The notes: generated by a model not told the origin, from the letters alone. Numbered from the stretch's first letter, positions 36,549 through 48,464 are shown. The stretch is DNA of 64,000 bases from Candidatus Tepidifontimicrobium thermophilum (GCA_031459915.1 JAVKHO010000016.1:1-64000); one strand, 5' to 3'. Made by a program: numbers and translations.

Positions 36549-37570
36549 ACCACCCCCACCAGCCCTGCGGCCAGCTGGGCGGGCCGGCGGGCCAGAGGCC
36601 GCAGGGAGTCGACCCTTTCCTGCAGCCGACCGGACGCCCCGGGGTCTTCGGCCAGCGCCACCACGTGGCGCGCCAGCTCCGGCGGATCCACAGAGTTAGC
36701 TGCTAGGCAGGGCATCTCCATAGAGGCGGCGAAGGACGACACCTTGGGGTCGTAGGCGAGCCCCACGAACGGTACGCGTGCCGCGGCCGCGAGGATCAGG
36801 GCGTGCAGCCGCATGCCCACCACCACCCGGGCGGCCGCCACGGCTTCCAGCGCCTCCCCGGGGCTGGAGGGTACCACCAGATCACAGCCCAGCTGCGCCG
36901 CCACGTCCTCCGACACCGAGCGGTCGGCAGCCCGGTGCAGGCACACCACCTGCGGCTGCAGTCCCGCCTCCCGGGCCGCCCGCCGCAGGGCCTCCAACAG
37001 GTGCGACCACGAGACCCCGGGCCACCGCCGGACGCACACCACGAGGGTGCGGTCCGGAAGGTGGGAGGCTGAAGCGGACAGGGCGAGCGCGGGATCGCAC
37101 ACCACCTCTAAGGCGCGCTCCACCCCAAGCTCCCGCAGCCGGTCCGCGGAGTCCTGGTCCCGCACCGTGATGGCGGCGGCCCCCTCCATCGCGCGCCGGG
37201 TCACCGCGCGGCTCGTCCGTCGGTGCAAGGGGCCGATGCCCTGGGCGTACACCAGCACGGGAGTCCCCCGGGCCAGCTCGTGCAGCAGGCCGTAGAACAA
37301 CGGGCTACGCCAGGAGGTGACGTCCTGGAACAGGCTGCCTCCGCCGCTGCACACCAGGTCTGAAGACCGGAACAGCCGTCGGACCGCCCGCAGGTCGCTC
37401 CTGGGCAGGCTGCGGACGCGATGCGTCCGCTCCGTCTGCGCCGGATCCCCCGACAGCACCCAGAGCTCCACGCCCGGCAGTGCCTCCCGGAGGTGCTCCA
37501 CCATGGCCTGCAGGACCGCCTCGTCGCCGAGATTCCCGAAGCCGTAGTAGCCGAAGATGGCCACCCGCAC
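36542..37570 (-). CDS. csaB: Polysaccharide pyruvyl transferase CsaB
   Basis: GYYGFGNLGDEA, GGGSLFQD, QGIGP, MRLHALI, YDPKV. Confidence 0.92.
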   Translation of the reverse strand: MRVAIFGYYGFGNLGDEAVLQAMVEHLREALPGVELWVLSGDPAQTERTHRVRSLPRSDLRAVRRLFRSSDLVCSGGGSLFQDVTSWRSPLFYGLLHELARGTPVLVYAQGIGPLHRRTSRAVTRRAMEGAAAITVRDQDSADRLRELGVERALEVVCDPALALSASASHLPDRTLVVCVRRWPGVSWSHLLEALRRAAREAGLQPQVVCLHRAADRSVSEDVAAQLGCDLVVPSSPGEALEAVAAARVVVGMRLHALILAAAARVPFVGLAYDPKVSSFAASMEMPCLAANSVDPPELARHVVALAEDPGASGRLQERVDSLRPLARRPAQLAAGLVGVVC

Positions 37571-37572
37571 CG

Positions 37573-39639
37573 TCAGCGCGCCCGCACAGAGCTCCGAGGG
37601 CCTGAAGCCGCCGGCTCCGCGGCCGAGTCCGACCCCACAGGGCCGCCCACCCGCAGGGTCTGTGGCAACCGGCGGAGCAGCCAGCTCAAAAGCAGGTAGA
37701 GGACGGCGCCGAGGACGCTACCCAGCACAAGGCCGTTCGCGGTCCTCCAAACCGTGTACAGCAGGGGGGTGTGCAGGTGGGAGAAGGAGTTTACCAGGCC
37801 GGCCTGGCCCACCGCCGCCAGCACCAGCAGCGGCAACGTCCAGCTGCGGAGGCCCAGGGCACCGGAAGCCAGGGCCAGCACGAGGGCCGGGTGCCCGAGC
37901 AGATACTCCTTGGTGCGGGGCCTCGCCACCAGCGCGCGCTCCAGGGCATCCCGCAGGCGCTCCTCCACGGACGGCACGGGGATCCCCGTGTTCCCGGTGC
38001 GGAGAACCAGCAGCAGCGCCACGCCAGCCACCGACGCTACCGCCACCGCGCTGCCCAGGGTGACGGGCCTGGCGAGCCACCGGGACAGCTCGCCGGCCGC
38101 ACTTCGCGCGGTGAGCCCCCGGTGCTGCCAGGCGAACCACACTCCCGCCACCAGCGCCGCGGGCACCACGGTGGCCAGCTTCACCCCGAAGAACACGTCC
38201 GCAGCCAGCCGGAAGGGCCAGTCCGCCAGAAGAGCGGCCACCACCACGCCGCCAGCCATGGAGACGGCGCTGGCTGTCCACAACCCCACGAGGGCAGCGC
38301 CTAGCCCGACCCGACGCGACCCAGACAGGTCGGCCACGTGCAGGAGGGCCAGGGTGGGGAACGCCACCGCGGCAATCAGCGCCCCCAACTTGTTCACCCA
38401 CGCACCCAGCCCGGCCGCTTGAACCCCCGCCGCCGCCAGCAGAGCCGCCACGACCGCTAACAGGGCCGTGCTCTGGGGGGATGGCACGCCGGCGGCGTGT
38501 GCCACCTCCACTCCCAGCAAGGCCCCGGAGGCCGCCGCGGCCACCAGTGCGGCCCACCGGAGGACCTCCGGCACCGCCAGCTCGGGCAGAGGTGCCGCGG
38601 GCCCCAGCTGGAAGCCTGCCGCCCGTACCGCGGAAGCCACCCGTTCCACGTAGTCCAGGTTGAACGCGACCGCGTCCACCCCGCCCGGGGTCTGCAGGTA
38701 CGGTCGGAGGTAGACCACCCTCAGGTTGCGCTCCCGCACCCCCCGGGCGAAACGCTCCACCGCGTCCTCCGGAGCCAGCCGCTCCAGCTCCTCCGGTGGG
38801 ATGCTGACCACGCGGACCACACCGGGCCGCATGGAACGCGTCATCGCCTCCTCGCCCCGCATCCGGCGCGCGGGCACGAGAACCTCCACCCGGCCGTACA
38901 CCACCCCCAGGGACCGCAGGGCGCGGGCGGCTTCCTCCACGAGCCGCTCGTAGCCCAGGACCTCATTCAGGTCGAACACCGCGGTACGGCCCCGAGCCAG
39001 CTCCCCGTACCCCGCCACGCGCTCGGCGAGGCGCTCGGGGGTGAAGCTCCGGACGTTGCGGGGTCTCAGGACCACCCGGAAGCCCAGAGTTTCCCACCCC
39101 GCGACCACGGACGGCAGGAACCCCAGCCCGGTTTCCTCTAGGTCCCTGGGCCGTCCCAGGACCCGCAGCACCAGGGGTTCCCGGAGCACCACCGCCACCC
39201 GCTCCGGCCCCAGGGCCGTGCGGAAGCCGAACTCCACCTGCCGGGCCACCTCAGGATCTCCTGGAAACACGTACAGGGCCTGCGGCTGTGCGGAGGCGGC
39301 CAGCCCGCGCAGGGCTGGCGCGAGGACGCTGGTACGGGCCAGGTCGCGCAGCTCTGCGCCCGAGCGGTACGTCAGCCGCCCTTCCTCCTGCAGCCGCCGC
39401 AGGGTGGCCTCGTACACCGCCACCGACCCCGCGCCCCGGGCCCGCAGCGCCTCCCACAGCTGGGCGCCCCTCCGTCCCTCCCGCTGGGCCAGAAGCCGCC
39501 AGTCCTCGGAGTCCACCACCAGCTCCACCGTGCGGTACTCTGACTCCACCCGGTGGCGCTGCCAGCCGACAGCCGCCGAGGCAGCCACCCCCAACGCTGC
39601 CAGGGCCACCAGCCACGGGGATCTGCTCGATGCCCGCAC
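37573..39639 (-). CDS. DUF5693-like membrane protein (csaB-associated)
   Basis: ERNLRVVYLRP, FFGVKLA, RPRTKEYLLGHP, NSFSHLHTP; adjacent to csaB. Confidence 0.8.
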   Translation of the reverse strand: MRASSRSPWLVALAALGVAASAAVGWQRHRVESEYRTVELVVDSEDWRLLAQREGRRGAQLWEALRARGAGSVAVYEATLRRLQEEGRLTYRSGAELRDLARTSVLAPALRGLAASAQPQALYVFPGDPEVARQVEFGFRTALGPERVAVVLREPLVLRVLGRPRDLEETGLGFLPSVVAGWETLGFRVVLRPRNVRSFTPERLAERVAGYGELARGRTAVFDLNEVLGYERLVEEAARALRSLGVVYGRVEVLVPARRMRGEEAMTRSMRPGVVRVVSIPPEELERLAPEDAVERFARGVRERNLRVVYLRPYLQTPGGVDAVAFNLDYVERVASAVRAAGFQLGPAAPLPELAVPEVLRWAALVAAAASGALLGVEVAHAAGVPSPQSTALLAVVAALLAAAGVQAAGLGAWVNKLGALIAAVAFPTLALLHVADLSGSRRVGLGAALVGLWTASAVSMAGGVVVAALLADWPFRLAADVFFGVKLATVVPAALVAGVWFAWQHRGLTARSAAGELSRWLARPVTLGSAVAVASVAGVALLLVLRTGNTGIPVPSVEERLRDALERALVARPRTKEYLLGHPALVLALASGALGLRSWTLPLLVLAAVGQAGLVNSFSHLHTPLLYTVWRTANGLVLGSVLGAVLYLLLSWLLRRLPQTLRVGGPVGSDSAAEPAASGPRSSVRAR

Positions 39640-39684
39640 GGGAGCTCGGTTAGGCCACAGGTCCGCGTCTCACGGAGGGCCCTC

Positions 39685-40807
39685 CTACCCCCTCCGGGAG
39701 CCCGCGGCTCCGGACTCCTGCTCGGCCCGCTGTCGCAGGTACGCGTAGATGAACGGGTCCAGCTCCCCCTCCAGCACCGCCTCTGCGTTGCCCGTCTCCT
39801 GCCCGGTCCGGTGGTCCTTGACCAGCGTGTACGGCTGCAACACGTACGAGCGGATCTGGTTGCCCCACGCGGCTTCCCGGTGCTCGCCCCGCAGGGTCCG
39901 GAGTTTCTCTTCCTGCTCACGCCGCCGGAGCTCGTACAGCCGGGCAGCCAGGATCCTCAGGGCGTTCTCCCGGTTGGCGTGCTGGCTGCGCTCGTTCTGA
40001 CACTGCACCACGAGACCGGTGGGCAGGTGCGTGATCCGCACCGCGGTCTCCACCTTGTTCACGTTCTGGCCGCCCGCCCCTCCACTCCGGAAGGTCTCCA
40101 CCCTGAGTTCCTCAGGCCGGATCTGGACCGCCACGGGCTCCACCTCAGGCAGCACCTCCACCAGGGCGAAAGAGGTGTGACGGCGGTGGGCGGCGTCGAA
40201 GGGGGAGATGCGGACCAGCCGGTGGGTCCCGCCCTCGCCCTTGAGGTAGCCGTACGCGTAGGGACCGCGGACCAGCACGGTGGCGCTCTTGATGCCCGCC
40301 TCCTCCCCGGGCGAGACGTCCAGGACCTCTGCGGCGTAACCGCGACGTTCGGCCCAGCGCAGGTACATGCGCAGCAGCATTTCCGCCCAGTCCTGGGCGT
40401 CCACCCCCCCCGCGCCCGCGTGCACGGAGAGGAGCGCGTTGCGGGCGTCGTGCTCGCCGCTCAGGAGGGTCTCCAGCTCCAGGCGGTCCAGCCGGTCGTG
40501 CAGGTCCCGGGCCTCCTGCTCCAGCAGCTGCAGCTCCTCGGGTTCCGTGGGCGCCAGCTGCAGCCACTCCCGCAGGTCCAAAAGCCCCCGGCGCACCGCG
40601 CGCAGGGTCTCCAGCCGCTCCCGGAGGGCCTCAAGTTCCTGGTGCACCTGCCGGGCCCGGTCAGGCTCCTGCCAGAGGGCGGGGTCCTGAACCTGCCGCT
40701 CTAGCTCGGCAAGCCGCGCCTGCCGCTCGGGCGCGTCAAAGATACCTCCCGACGTCCTCTACCCGCCGGAGGTCTTCCTCCACCTGAATCCGCAGTCGGT
40801 CGATCAC
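39685..40807 (-). CDS. prfB: Peptide chain release factor 2 with programmed +1 frameshift
   Basis: GGGAGGTATCTTTGAC slip site at 40735-40750; SPF anticodon mimic; GGQ motif. Confidence 0.95.
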
Positions 40808-40881
40808 GGCGCTTCCCTTTTCGGTCGTCTTCCTAAGCCACTGTAGCACGCCACGGAGGCGGGTTGCAGCCGGGGCGCGGC

Positions 40882-43554
40882 TCAGGAGGTGCGCCCGCAG
40901 CACTTCTTGTACTTCTTCCCGCTGCCGCACGGGCAGGGGTCGTTGCGCCCCACCTTGACTCCCACCGTCACGGGCTGGGGCCTGCCTTCCGCGGGCGGCT
41001 GCGCCTGCGCGGCCTCCCGCAGGGCTGCCGACCCCAGGGCGGTGGCCTCCTCGGGACCACGCTGGGCGGTGACCCGCGCTACCGGCCGCACGGCCTGCGG
41101 CACCTCCCGCTCCACCCGCACCCGGAACAGGTCCCTTACGGTGTCGCGCTGGATGGCGTGCAGCATCTCCTGGAACAGCTCGTACGCCTCCCTCTGGTAC
41201 TCCAGCAGAGGGCTGGTCTGGCCGTACGCACGGAGCCCGATGCCCTCCCGCAGCTCGTCCATGGCGTAGAGGTGGTCGACCCACTTGCGGTCGATGTGCG
41301 ACAGGAGGACGATGCGCTCCACCTCCCGAAGGACGTCTGGGCCCACCTCCTCCTCCTTCCCCTCGTACGCCCGGAGGGCGGCGCTGGTGAGCTCCTCCGC
41401 CACCTGTTCAGGGGTCTTGTCCGCTAGGCTGTCTGCGGAGATGGCCAGCACCTCGGGTGCGGGGACGAGCTGGGCCACCTCCCCCAGCAACCCTTCCAGG
41501 TCCCACTCCTCCCTAGGCGCCTGGGCCGGGCAGTAGGCGTCCACCAGGGACCGGACCTGGCGCTCGATCATGTCCAGCACGTTCTCCCTCAGGTCCCGGC
41601 CCTCGAGGACCTTCCGCCGCTCCCCGTACAGGGTCTTGCGCTGGACGTTCATCACGTCGTCGTACTCCAGCACGTGCTTGCGGAGGTCGAAGTGGTACTG
41701 CTCCACCCGCTTCTGCGCCCCCTCGATCTGCCGGGTGAGGAGGGGGCTCTCGATGGGGGTGTCCTCGTCGATCCGCAGCCGGTCCATCAGGGCGGCGATC
41801 CGCTCGCCTGCGAACAGGCGCAGCAGCTCGTCCTCCAGGGACAGGAAGAACCGCGAGGACCCCGGGTCGCCCTGGCGGCCCGCGCGGCCGCGCAGCTGGT
41901 TGTCGATCCGCCGCGCCTCGTGGCGCTCCGTACCGACCACGTGCAGCCCGCCCAGCCGCCGGACCCGTTCCGCCTCCTCCGGGTCCGGTGGGTTGCCGCC
42001 CAGGAGGATGTCCACCCCCCGGCCCGCCATGTTGGTGGCGATGGTCACGGCGCCGAGCCGGCCTGCCTGGGCGATGATCTGGGCCTCCCGCTCGTGGTGC
42101 TTGGCGTTCAGCACCTGGTGCGGGATCCCCTCCCGGCGGAGCATCTCCGACAGCATCTCGCTCTTCTCGATGGACCGGGTCCCCACCAGCACCGGCTGGC
42201 CCCGCTCGTGGCAGCGCTTGATCTCCTCTACCACCGCCCGCCACTTGGCCCGTTCCGTCTTGAACACCACGTCTGGGTAGTCCTTGCGGATCATGGGCTT
42301 GTGGGTGGGGATCACCACCACCTCCAGCCCGTAGATCTTCCGGAGCTCCTCCTCCTCCGTCTTGGCGGTCCCCGTCATGCCCGCCAGCTTCTCGTACATC
42401 CGGAAGTAGTTCTGGAAGGTGATGGACGCAAGGGTCTGCGTCTCCCGTTCGATGCGGACGCCCTCCTTGGCCTCGATGGCCTGGTGCAGCCCGTCCGAGT
42501 ACCGGCGGCCGAACATCAACCGACCCGTGAACTCGTCTACCAGGATGACCTGGCCGTCCTTCACCACGTAGTCCACGTCCCGGTGGTAGCAGGTCAGGGC
42601 CCGCAGGGCCTGCTGCACGTGGTGGAGGGCGTCCGCGTTGGCGGGGTCCGCCAGATTGTCGATCCCCAACAGGCGCTCCACCTTCCGCACGCCCTCGTCG
42701 GTCAGGAAGGCGTTCTTGGCCTTCTCGTCCACCGTGTAGTCCACGCCAGCCTGGAGCCGGCGGACCAGCCGGGCGAACTCGTAGTACTTGCGGGTGGACT
42801 CCTCCACCTGCCCGGAGATGATGAGGGGGGTGCGGGCCTCGTCGATCAGGATGAAGTCCACCTCGTCCACGATGGCGTAGTACAGCTCGCGCTGCACCAC
42901 ATCCTCGAGGCGCAGGGCCATGTTGTCCCGCAGGTAGTCAAACCCGAACTCGTTGTTGGTCCCGTAGGTGATGTCCGCCCGGTAGGCCTCCCGCCGCGGG
43001 ACGGGCCGGAAGTGGTTCAACCGGTCGTCCGCGTGGGGTTTCGGGTCCTGGTAGGCGGGGTCGTACAGGCCCGCGAACTCGTGGCAGATGACCCCCACGG
43101 ACACCCCCAGGGCGTGGTAGATGGGGCCCATCCAGCCCGCGCCCACCCGGGAGAGGTAGTCGTTGGGGGTCACCAGGTGACAGCCGCGACCCAGCAGGGC
43201 GTTCAGGTACAGGGGGAGGGTGGCCACCAGGGTCTTGCCCTCCCCGGTCTTCATCTCCGCAATCTTCCCCTCGTGGAGGACCACCCCGCCGATGATCTGC
43301 ACGTCGAAGTGGCGGAGCCCCAGGGTGCGCTTGCTGGCCTCCCGGACCGCGGCGAAGGCCTCGGGGAGCAGGTTGTCCAGGGTCTCCCCCTCCCGCAGGC
43401 GACGGCGGAACTCCTCCGTCTTCGCCCGCAGGGCCTCGTCCGACAGCCGCTCGAACTGGGGCTCGAGGGCGTTCACCCGCTCCACCACGGGCAGGTACCG
43501 GCGCCACGCACGGTCCTCCCCGCGGCCGAGCAACTTCTCCAGGACCTTCAGCAT
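40882..43554 (-). CDS. secA: Preprotein translocase SecA
   Basis: [32 protein letters not shown]-terminal SEC-C motif [13 protein letters not shown]. Confidence 0.97.
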   Translation of the reverse strand: MLKVLEKLLGRGEDRAWRRYLPVVERVNALEPQFERLSDEALRAKTEEFRRRLREGETLDNLLPEAFAAVREASKRTLGLRHFDVQIIGGVVLHEGKIAEMKTGEGKTLVATLPLYLNALLGRGCHLVTPNDYLSRVGAGWMGPIYHALGVSVGVICHEFAGLYDPAYQDPKPHADDRLNHFRPVPRREAYRADITYGTNNEFGFDYLRDNMALRLEDVVQRELYYAIVDEVDFILIDEARTPLIISGQVEESTRKYYEFARLVRRLQAGVDYTVDEKAKNAFLTDEGVRKVERLLGIDNLADPANADALHHVQQALRALTCYHRDVDYVVKDGQVILVDEFTGRLMFGRRYSDGLHQAIEAKEGVRIERETQTLASITFQNYFRMYEKLAGMTGTAKTEEEELRKIYGLEVVVIPTHKPMIRKDYPDVVFKTERAKWRAVVEEIKRCHERGQPVLVGTRSIEKSEMLSEMLRREGIPHQVLNAKHHEREAQIIAQAGRLGAVTIATNMAGRGVDILLGGNPPDPEEAERVRRLGGLHVVGTERHEARRIDNQLRGRAGRQGDPGSSRFFLSLEDELLRLFAGERIAALMDRLRIDEDTPIESPLLTRQIEGAQKRVEQYHFDLRKHVLEYDDVMNVQRKTLYGERRKVLEGRDLRENVLDMIERQVRSLVDAYCPAQAPREEWDLEGLLGEVAQLVPAPEVLAISADSLADKTPEQVAEELTSAALRAYEGKEEEVGPDVLREVERIVLLSHIDRKWVDHLYAMDELREGIGLRAYGQTSPLLEYQREAYELFQEMLHAIQRDTVRDLFRVRVEREVPQAVRPVARVTAQRGPEEATALGSAALREAAQAQPPAEGRPQPVTVGVKVGRNDPCPCGSGKKYKKCCGRTS

Positions 43555-43583
43555 CGCGCCTCCGGCGGCGGTGGACTCCACCC

Positions 43584-43589
43584 ATTATA
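43584..43589 (-). promoter_or_regulatory. sigma70-type -10 box for secA
   Basis: TATAAT on the minus strand about 30 nt before the ATG. Confidence 0.5.
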
Positions 43590-43616
43590 ACCGGGGCCCG
43601 CCGCGCGCCTTTCCCT

Positions 43617-44627
43617 TCAGCGGATCGCGACCGGGCGGCCTTCGGGGACCACGCTCACCCAGACCGGCCCCGGCAGGATCAGGCCGCGCCCCTGCAGGTC
43701 CGTGAATGCTGTGGGCGCAAGGTCCGAGGACTTGTGCCACCGCACGGGGACCACCACGCCCCCGGTCAGCACGAACCCCTCGCCGCTACCCACCATCCCC
43801 ACCTCGGACACGTCCACTCTCCCGGCCCGCCAGCCCCGCCACCGCGCGTACTGTACCACCACCGTGCGCACCCGCAGGGGCCGGCCCGAGTCGTCCAACT
43901 GCAGCCGGCCGGCCACCCACCGCTCGTACGCCCCGTCCCGGTAGACGAAGCGGACCTCGAACCCGGGCGGGTAGGGCAGGGCCACCTCCGCCGCCGCATG
44001 CCCCTCAGGCAACCGGTACTCGAGGCGTTCCGGGGGCACCCGGGTCGCTGGCTGGCGGTCCCAGCCCAGGCGGCGCACGGCCTCCCGCAACCGCGGGAGC
44101 GACGCGTACAGGTTGTGGGGCATGCGCCGGGACCGGTCGCGCCAGTACGGCCAGGGGATGGAGAACTCGTTGAGGACGGGGACGGGCCCCGTGCGGATGT
44201 ACCGGTAGGCGGGCTCGCTGGCGCCCGCGTGGGCCACCACCGCTCCCAGCTCCGCGGCCACCTGCAGGAAGGCGGGCCGCACGCTGCGTACGGGCCCCAC
44301 GCGTTCCGGGCCCGCGTCCGCGAACACCGCCATCAGGCGCGGGAACCGGGCCTCGATGGGGATTTCGTAGACCAGGCAGGCGCTGGCCAGCCCGCTTTGG
44401 GGTCGCGCCCGCGGGTCGTGATCCACCATCACCGCCAGCAACCGCGTGTACCCCTCCTCCGCCGCGCACCCGCTGCCCAAAAACCCGGAGAACGCCACCC
44501 CAGGGTGCAGGCTTTCCAGCAGCCGAGGCGGAGGCAGGTCCAGTCGGGGCAGGCGCCGCAGGTCCGGCCCGCGCGCGCACGCCGCCAGGATCCCGACCGC
44601 CGCCAGCACCAGACAGGTCCGCCGCAC
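43617..44627 (-). CDS. DUF3048 lipoprotein
   Basis: Lipobox ILAAC; ARPQSGL, GPVRSVR, PHNLY. Confidence 0.85.
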   Translation of the reverse strand: MRRTCLVLAAVGILAACARGPDLRRLPRLDLPPPRLLESLHPGVAFSGFLGSGCAAEEGYTRLLAVMVDHDPRARPQSGLASACLVYEIPIEARFPRLMAVFADAGPERVGPVRSVRPAFLQVAAELGAVVAHAGASEPAYRYIRTGPVPVLNEFSIPWPYWRDRSRRMPHNLYASLPRLREAVRRLGWDRQPATRVPPERLEYRLPEGHAAAEVALPYPPGFEVRFVYRDGAYERWVAGRLQLDDSGRPLRVRTVVVQYARWRGWRAGRVDVSEVGMVGSGEGFVLTGGVVVPVRWHKSSDLAPTAFTDLQGRGLILPGPVWVSVVPEGRPVAIR

Positions 44628-44629
44628 CG

Positions 44630-45190
44630 CTACTCGGCCTCGATGACGCCGTAGTCGCCGTCCTTCCTCCGGTACAGGACGCAGATGCGGCCGGTGTCCG
44701 CGTCCCGGTACACGAAGAAGTCGTGGCCCAGCAGCTCCATCTGCAGGACAGCGTCCTCCTCCGTCATGGGCTTCATGGGGAAGCGCTTGCGGCGCACCAC
44801 CCGGGGCGACAGCGGCTCCGGTTCCTGCTGCGCGGCGGCCTCCGCCCGCGCGCGCTGTACCGTCCGCTGCCGCCGCTCGTCCAACCGGCGCTTCCGGATC
44901 AGCCGGCTGCGGTGCCTGGCGATCTGCTTCTCCAGCTTGTCCACGATACGGTCCACGGAAGCGTACGGGTCTGCGGCGGCCTCCTCGCCCCGCAGCACGA
45001 ACCCGTCTCCCCACACCGTGACCTCCACCACCTGCGCCCTCCCCACCGGCCGGCGCCGCTCCTCCCGCATCACCACCTTCGCCTCCTGGAGGTGGTTGAA
45101 GTGCCGGCTCAAGCGCTGCAGCTTCTGGGCCACGTACGCCCGGATCCCCTCCGCCACCTCCACGTTGGCGCCGGTCACCACGATGTTCAC
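44630..45190 (-). CDS. hpf: Long-form ribosome hibernation promoting factor
   Basis: HPF N-domain (DPYASVD...KLEKQI) plus C-domain KPMTEEDAVLQMELLGHDFFVY. Confidence 0.95.
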   Translation of the reverse strand: MNIVVTGANVEVAEGIRAYVAQKLQRLSRHFNHLQEAKVVMREERRRPVGRAQVVEVTVWGDGFVLRGEEAAADPYASVDRIVDKLEKQIARHRSRLIRKRRLDERRQRTVQRARAEAAAQQEPEPLSPRVVRRKRFPMKPMTEEDAVLQMELLGHDFFVYRDADTGRICVLYRRKDGDYGVIEAE

Positions 45191-45199
45191 GGCTCCCTC

Positions 45200-46006
45200 C
45201 TACGGCGTAAAGGCTCCCCAGCCCGGAGCGCGGGTCACCCGTTCCAGCAGCCGGACGCCCGCGGACCCCGCCAGGGTCATACACAGGTAGAGCAGGGCCA
45301 CGGCGTTGTACGTCTCGAAGGACCGGAAGGTCCGCGCTACGTTCAGGTTGCCCGAGTACGTGAGCTCCGTGACGGAGATCACGGAGGCCAGGGACGAGTC
45401 CTTCAGCAGTGCCACGAAGTCGTTCCCCAGGGGCGGCAGGACGATGCGTAGGGCCTGGGGCAACACCACGTGCCGGAGGGTCTGGGCCCGCGACAGCCCC
45501 AGGGAGAAAGCCGCCTCCACTTGCCCCCGCGGGATCGCTTCGATGCCCGCCCGGTACACCTCGGCCAGGTAGGCGCCATAGCCGATCCCCAGCCCCATCA
45601 CCGCCCGCACCACGTTATCCCGCCACCACCGCACGCCGGTCACGTCCGCCAGCCACGGCGTCACCACGAAGGCGATGTAGAGGAGCAGCACCAGCAGGGG
45701 CACCCCCCGCACGACCTCCACGTACAGCACGGCCACGGTCCGCAGGAGGGCCGACCGCGACAGCCGGAGGAGGGCGGCCACTAGGCCCGCCACGAGCGCC
45801 ACCGCGAAGGAGGCCACGGTGAGGAACAGCGTGGTGGACACCCCCGCGGCGAGGAAGCGCAGGGTCTCCCGGTAGACCTCCGAGCCCGCCAGGCGCGCCA
45901 CGACCACCAGCCCCGCGGCCACCAGGACCAGAACCCACGGCGGCACGCGGTCCAACGGGATCGGGAGGGCGCGGCCGTTGGCCGTCCCGGGGGGCACCGG
46001 GCTCAC
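45200..46006 (-). CDS. Polar amino-acid ABC permease
   Basis: RGVPLLV, AYLAEVYRAG, GQVEAA, LLKDSSL. Confidence 0.93.
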   Translation of the reverse strand: MSPVPPGTANGRALPIPLDRVPPWVLVLVAAGLVVVARLAGSEVYRETLRFLAAGVSTTLFLTVASFAVALVAGLVAALLRLSRSALLRTVAVLYVEVVRGVPLLVLLLYIAFVVTPWLADVTGVRWWRDNVVRAVMGLGIGYGAYLAEVYRAGIEAIPRGQVEAAFSLGLSRAQTLRHVVLPQALRIVLPPLGNDFVALLKDSSLASVISVTELTYSGNLNVARTFRSFETYNAVALLYLCMTLAGSAGVRLLERVTRAPGWGAFTP

Positions 46007-46010
46007 GCCC

Positions 46011-46835
46011 CTACTGGGTCGGCTTCCACTCCTCGAACCACTTGCGGTACAGGCGATCCAGGGTGCCGTCCTCCTTCAAGGCCCGCAGTGCAGCGTTGAA
46101 GGCGTCCCGCAGCTCCGCGTTGCCCTCCCGCACCACAATCCCCAACTGCTCCTCGGTCAGCTTCTCGCCCACCGTCTTGAGCTTGCCCGGGTGCTGCGCC
46201 ATGAACCCCAGGCCCGCCACGCTGTCGATAATCACCGCGTCCACGTCCCGGTTCAGGAGGGCGGCTACGGCCAGGTCGAAGGTGCGGTAGCGCTTCACCT
46301 CCCGGATCCTACCGTCCTTGTGCAGCTTGCTGGCCAGCTCGTCGTTGGTCGTGCCGAGCTGCACCGCCACCGTCTTGTCCGTGAGGTCCTGCGCTCCCTG
46401 GATCCGGGTCTCGTCGGCCCGGACCAGCACCACCTGGCCCACCGTGATGTACGGCTCGGTGAAATCCACCTGCTTTTCCCGCTCCTCCGTGATGGTGATG
46501 CCGGAGATGGCCACGTCGTAATCTCCCTGCTGGACGCCCGGGAGGATCCCCTCCCACGCCACGCTGCGGATCTCCGGCTTGCAGTTCACACGCCGGCAGA
46601 TCTCCTGGATCAGATCCACGTCGTAGCCCACGATGTTCTTGTCCTTGTCCAGCATCTCGAAGGGCGGGTACGTGGCGTCGGTGGCGACCCGCAAGGTCCG
46701 GCCCCCCAGGTCGGGCAGGCCGGCTGCCTGCGGGGACGCTGCCGGGGTGGCCCGACCGCCCGTGCGGGGAGCGCACCCACCGACCCAGAAGGCCACCGCC
46801 ACCACTAGCGCCCAACGGACGAATCCCCGGCTCAT
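46011..46835 (-). CDS. Polar amino-acid ABC substrate-binding lipoprotein
   Basis: Lipobox VGGC; YPPFE, GYDVDL, ITEER, KWF. Confidence 0.93.
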   Translation of the reverse strand: MSRGFVRWALVVAVAFWVGGCAPRTGGRATPAASPQAAGLPDLGGRTLRVATDATYPPFEMLDKDKNIVGYDVDLIQEICRRVNCKPEIRSVAWEGILPGVQQGDYDVAISGITITEEREKQVDFTEPYITVGQVVLVRADETRIQGAQDLTDKTVAVQLGTTNDELASKLHKDGRIREVKRYRTFDLAVAALLNRDVDAVIIDSVAGLGFMAQHPGKLKTVGEKLTEEQLGIVVREGNAELRDAFNAALRALKEDGTLDRLYRKWFEEWKPTQ

Positions 46836-46931
46836 GACTCCCCTCCTTCACACGACTGCCGCCTGTGCGTGGTGGGTTCGGCCCTGGAGCCCGCGCCTCC
46901 TGCGCCGCCCGTCCTACAATCCGGTCAGAGG

Positions 46932-47468
46932 ATGCCGCCCTCGCCGTGGCCCTTCGCCGCACATCTCCCGGAGGTGGTGGAGGTCAAGCGCCGTCCGGAC
47001 GGAACGTCCGTGCGGTTCTTCTGCCGGCTGGTGCAGCGCAGGCCGGGGACCGCGGTCCTGCTGTACGTGCTGGGGGAGCCCTGGACCGTGGCGGACCTGC
47101 GCCTGCCCGCGGGTTCGGCCACCTTCGCGTACTACTGGACCACCCGCTGGTACAACGTGTACCACTGGCTGGCGCCCGGCGGAGCCAGCCTCGGGCACTA
47201 CGTGAACGTGGCGACCCCCGCGCGGCTGAGCCGGGACGAGGTGGAGTGGGTCGACCTGGGGGTGGACGTGCTGGGGGTCCCAGGCAGGGCCCCTCGGGTC
47301 CTGGACGGGGACGAACTGGACCGCCTTCCCGCTTGGCTGCACCTCCCAGCCCGCCGGTCCCTGGACCGGGTCCTGCGGAGGTGGCCCCTGCTCGTGGACG
47401 CCGTGGAACGCAGGACCCGCAGGCTCCTGGCCCGGCTCACCCGAGGCGGTCCAACACCTCCGGGTTGA
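46932..47468 (+). CDS. DUF402-family protein
   Basis: [33 protein letters not shown] at 46915-46920. Confidence 0.8.
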   Translation: MPPSPWPFAAHLPEVVEVKRRPDGTSVRFFCRLVQRRPGTAVLLYVLGEPWTVADLRLPAGSATFAYYWTTRWYNVYHWLAPGGASLGHYVNVATPARLSRDEVEWVDLGVDVLGVPGRAPRVLDGDELDRLPAWLHLPARRSLDRVLRRWPLLVDAVERRTRRLLARLTRGGPTPPG

Positions 47469-48426
47469 CCGGGTTCGGCGGCCGGCGCCCGGACAGCACG
47501 GCCACGCAGTTCTCCGCGGCCATCTCCGACATCCGGGCGCGGGTGGCGAAGCTGGCGCTGCCGATGTGGGGGAGCAGCACCACATTGTCCAGGGACAAAA
47601 GCGGCGAGTCCGGGGGCAGCGGCTCGCGGTCAAAGACGTCCAAGCCCGCGGCCCAGATCCACCCTTCCCGGAGGGCGTCCACGAGGGCGGCCTCGTCCAC
47701 CACCGCCCCGCGACAGGTGTTGACCAGCACCGCGGTGGGCTTCATGCGACGCAGCCGCTCCCGGTTGATGAGGCCGTGCGTCTCGGGCGTGAGGGGCGTG
47801 TGCAGGCTCACGAAGTCCGACTCCGCCAGCAGGTCGTCCAGCTCGCGCCACCGCACGCCCAGCTCCCGTTCCGCATCCTCGTGCCGCCGGCGGCTGGTGT
47901 ACAGGACCCGCATGCCGAAGCCTAACGCCCGCCGCGCCACCGCCCGGCCGATCCTCCCGAGCCCCACGACCCCCAGGGTGCGGCCGTAGACGTCCTGGCC
48001 CAGCATGAGCTCCAGCCCCCAGGAACGCCACCGTCCGGCCCGGGTGAACCGGTCGCCCTCAGCCACCCGCCGGGCGGCCGCCAGCAGCAGCGCCCAAGCC
48101 AGGTCTGCGGTGGTCTCCGTGAGCACGTCCGGGGTGTTGGTGACCACGACCCCCCGACGGGTGGCTGCGGCGACGTCCACGTTGTCGTAGCCCACGGCCA
48201 CGTTGCTCACCACCCGGAGCCGGGGAGCTGCGGCCAGCAGCGTCTCGTCCACCCGATCCGTGACCAGGGTCACCAGCCCGTCTGCCTCTCGGGCCTCGGC
48301 CACCAGCACGTCACGGGGCGGCGGCGCCTCCGGGTCCGGCCAGACCCGGACATCGCACCGCTCCTCCAGGATCCCCATGGCACGGCCCAAGAGGGGCCGG
48401 CACACGTACACACGCGGTCTGCTCAC
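47437..48426 (-). CDS. D-2-hydroxyacid dehydrogenase (glyoxylate/D-glycerate reductase)
   Basis: [29 protein letters not shown]. Confidence 0.93.
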   Translation of the reverse strand: MSRPRVYVCRPLLGRAMGILEERCDVRVWPDPEAPPPRDVLVAEAREADGLVTLVTDRVDETLLAAAPRLRVVSNVAVGYDNVDVAAATRRGVVVTNTPDVLTETTADLAWALLLAAARRVAEGDRFTRAGRWRSWGLELMLGQDVYGRTLGVVGLGRIGRAVARRALGFGMRVLYTSRRRHEDAERELGVRWRELDDLLAESDFVSLHTPLTPETHGLINRERLRRMKPTAVLVNTCRGAVVDEAALVDALREGWIWAAGLDVFDREPLPPDSPLLSLDNVVLLPHIGSASFATRARMSEMAAENCVAVLSGRRPPNPVNPEVLDRLG

Positions 48427-48464
48427 TCTGGCCTCCCGGTACAATGACTCCAAGGGGGTGTACG

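Noticed and set aside
45200..46835. Amino-acid ABC transporter lacking an ATPase gene
   Set aside because: Sharing an ATPase encoded elsewhere is common; not notable
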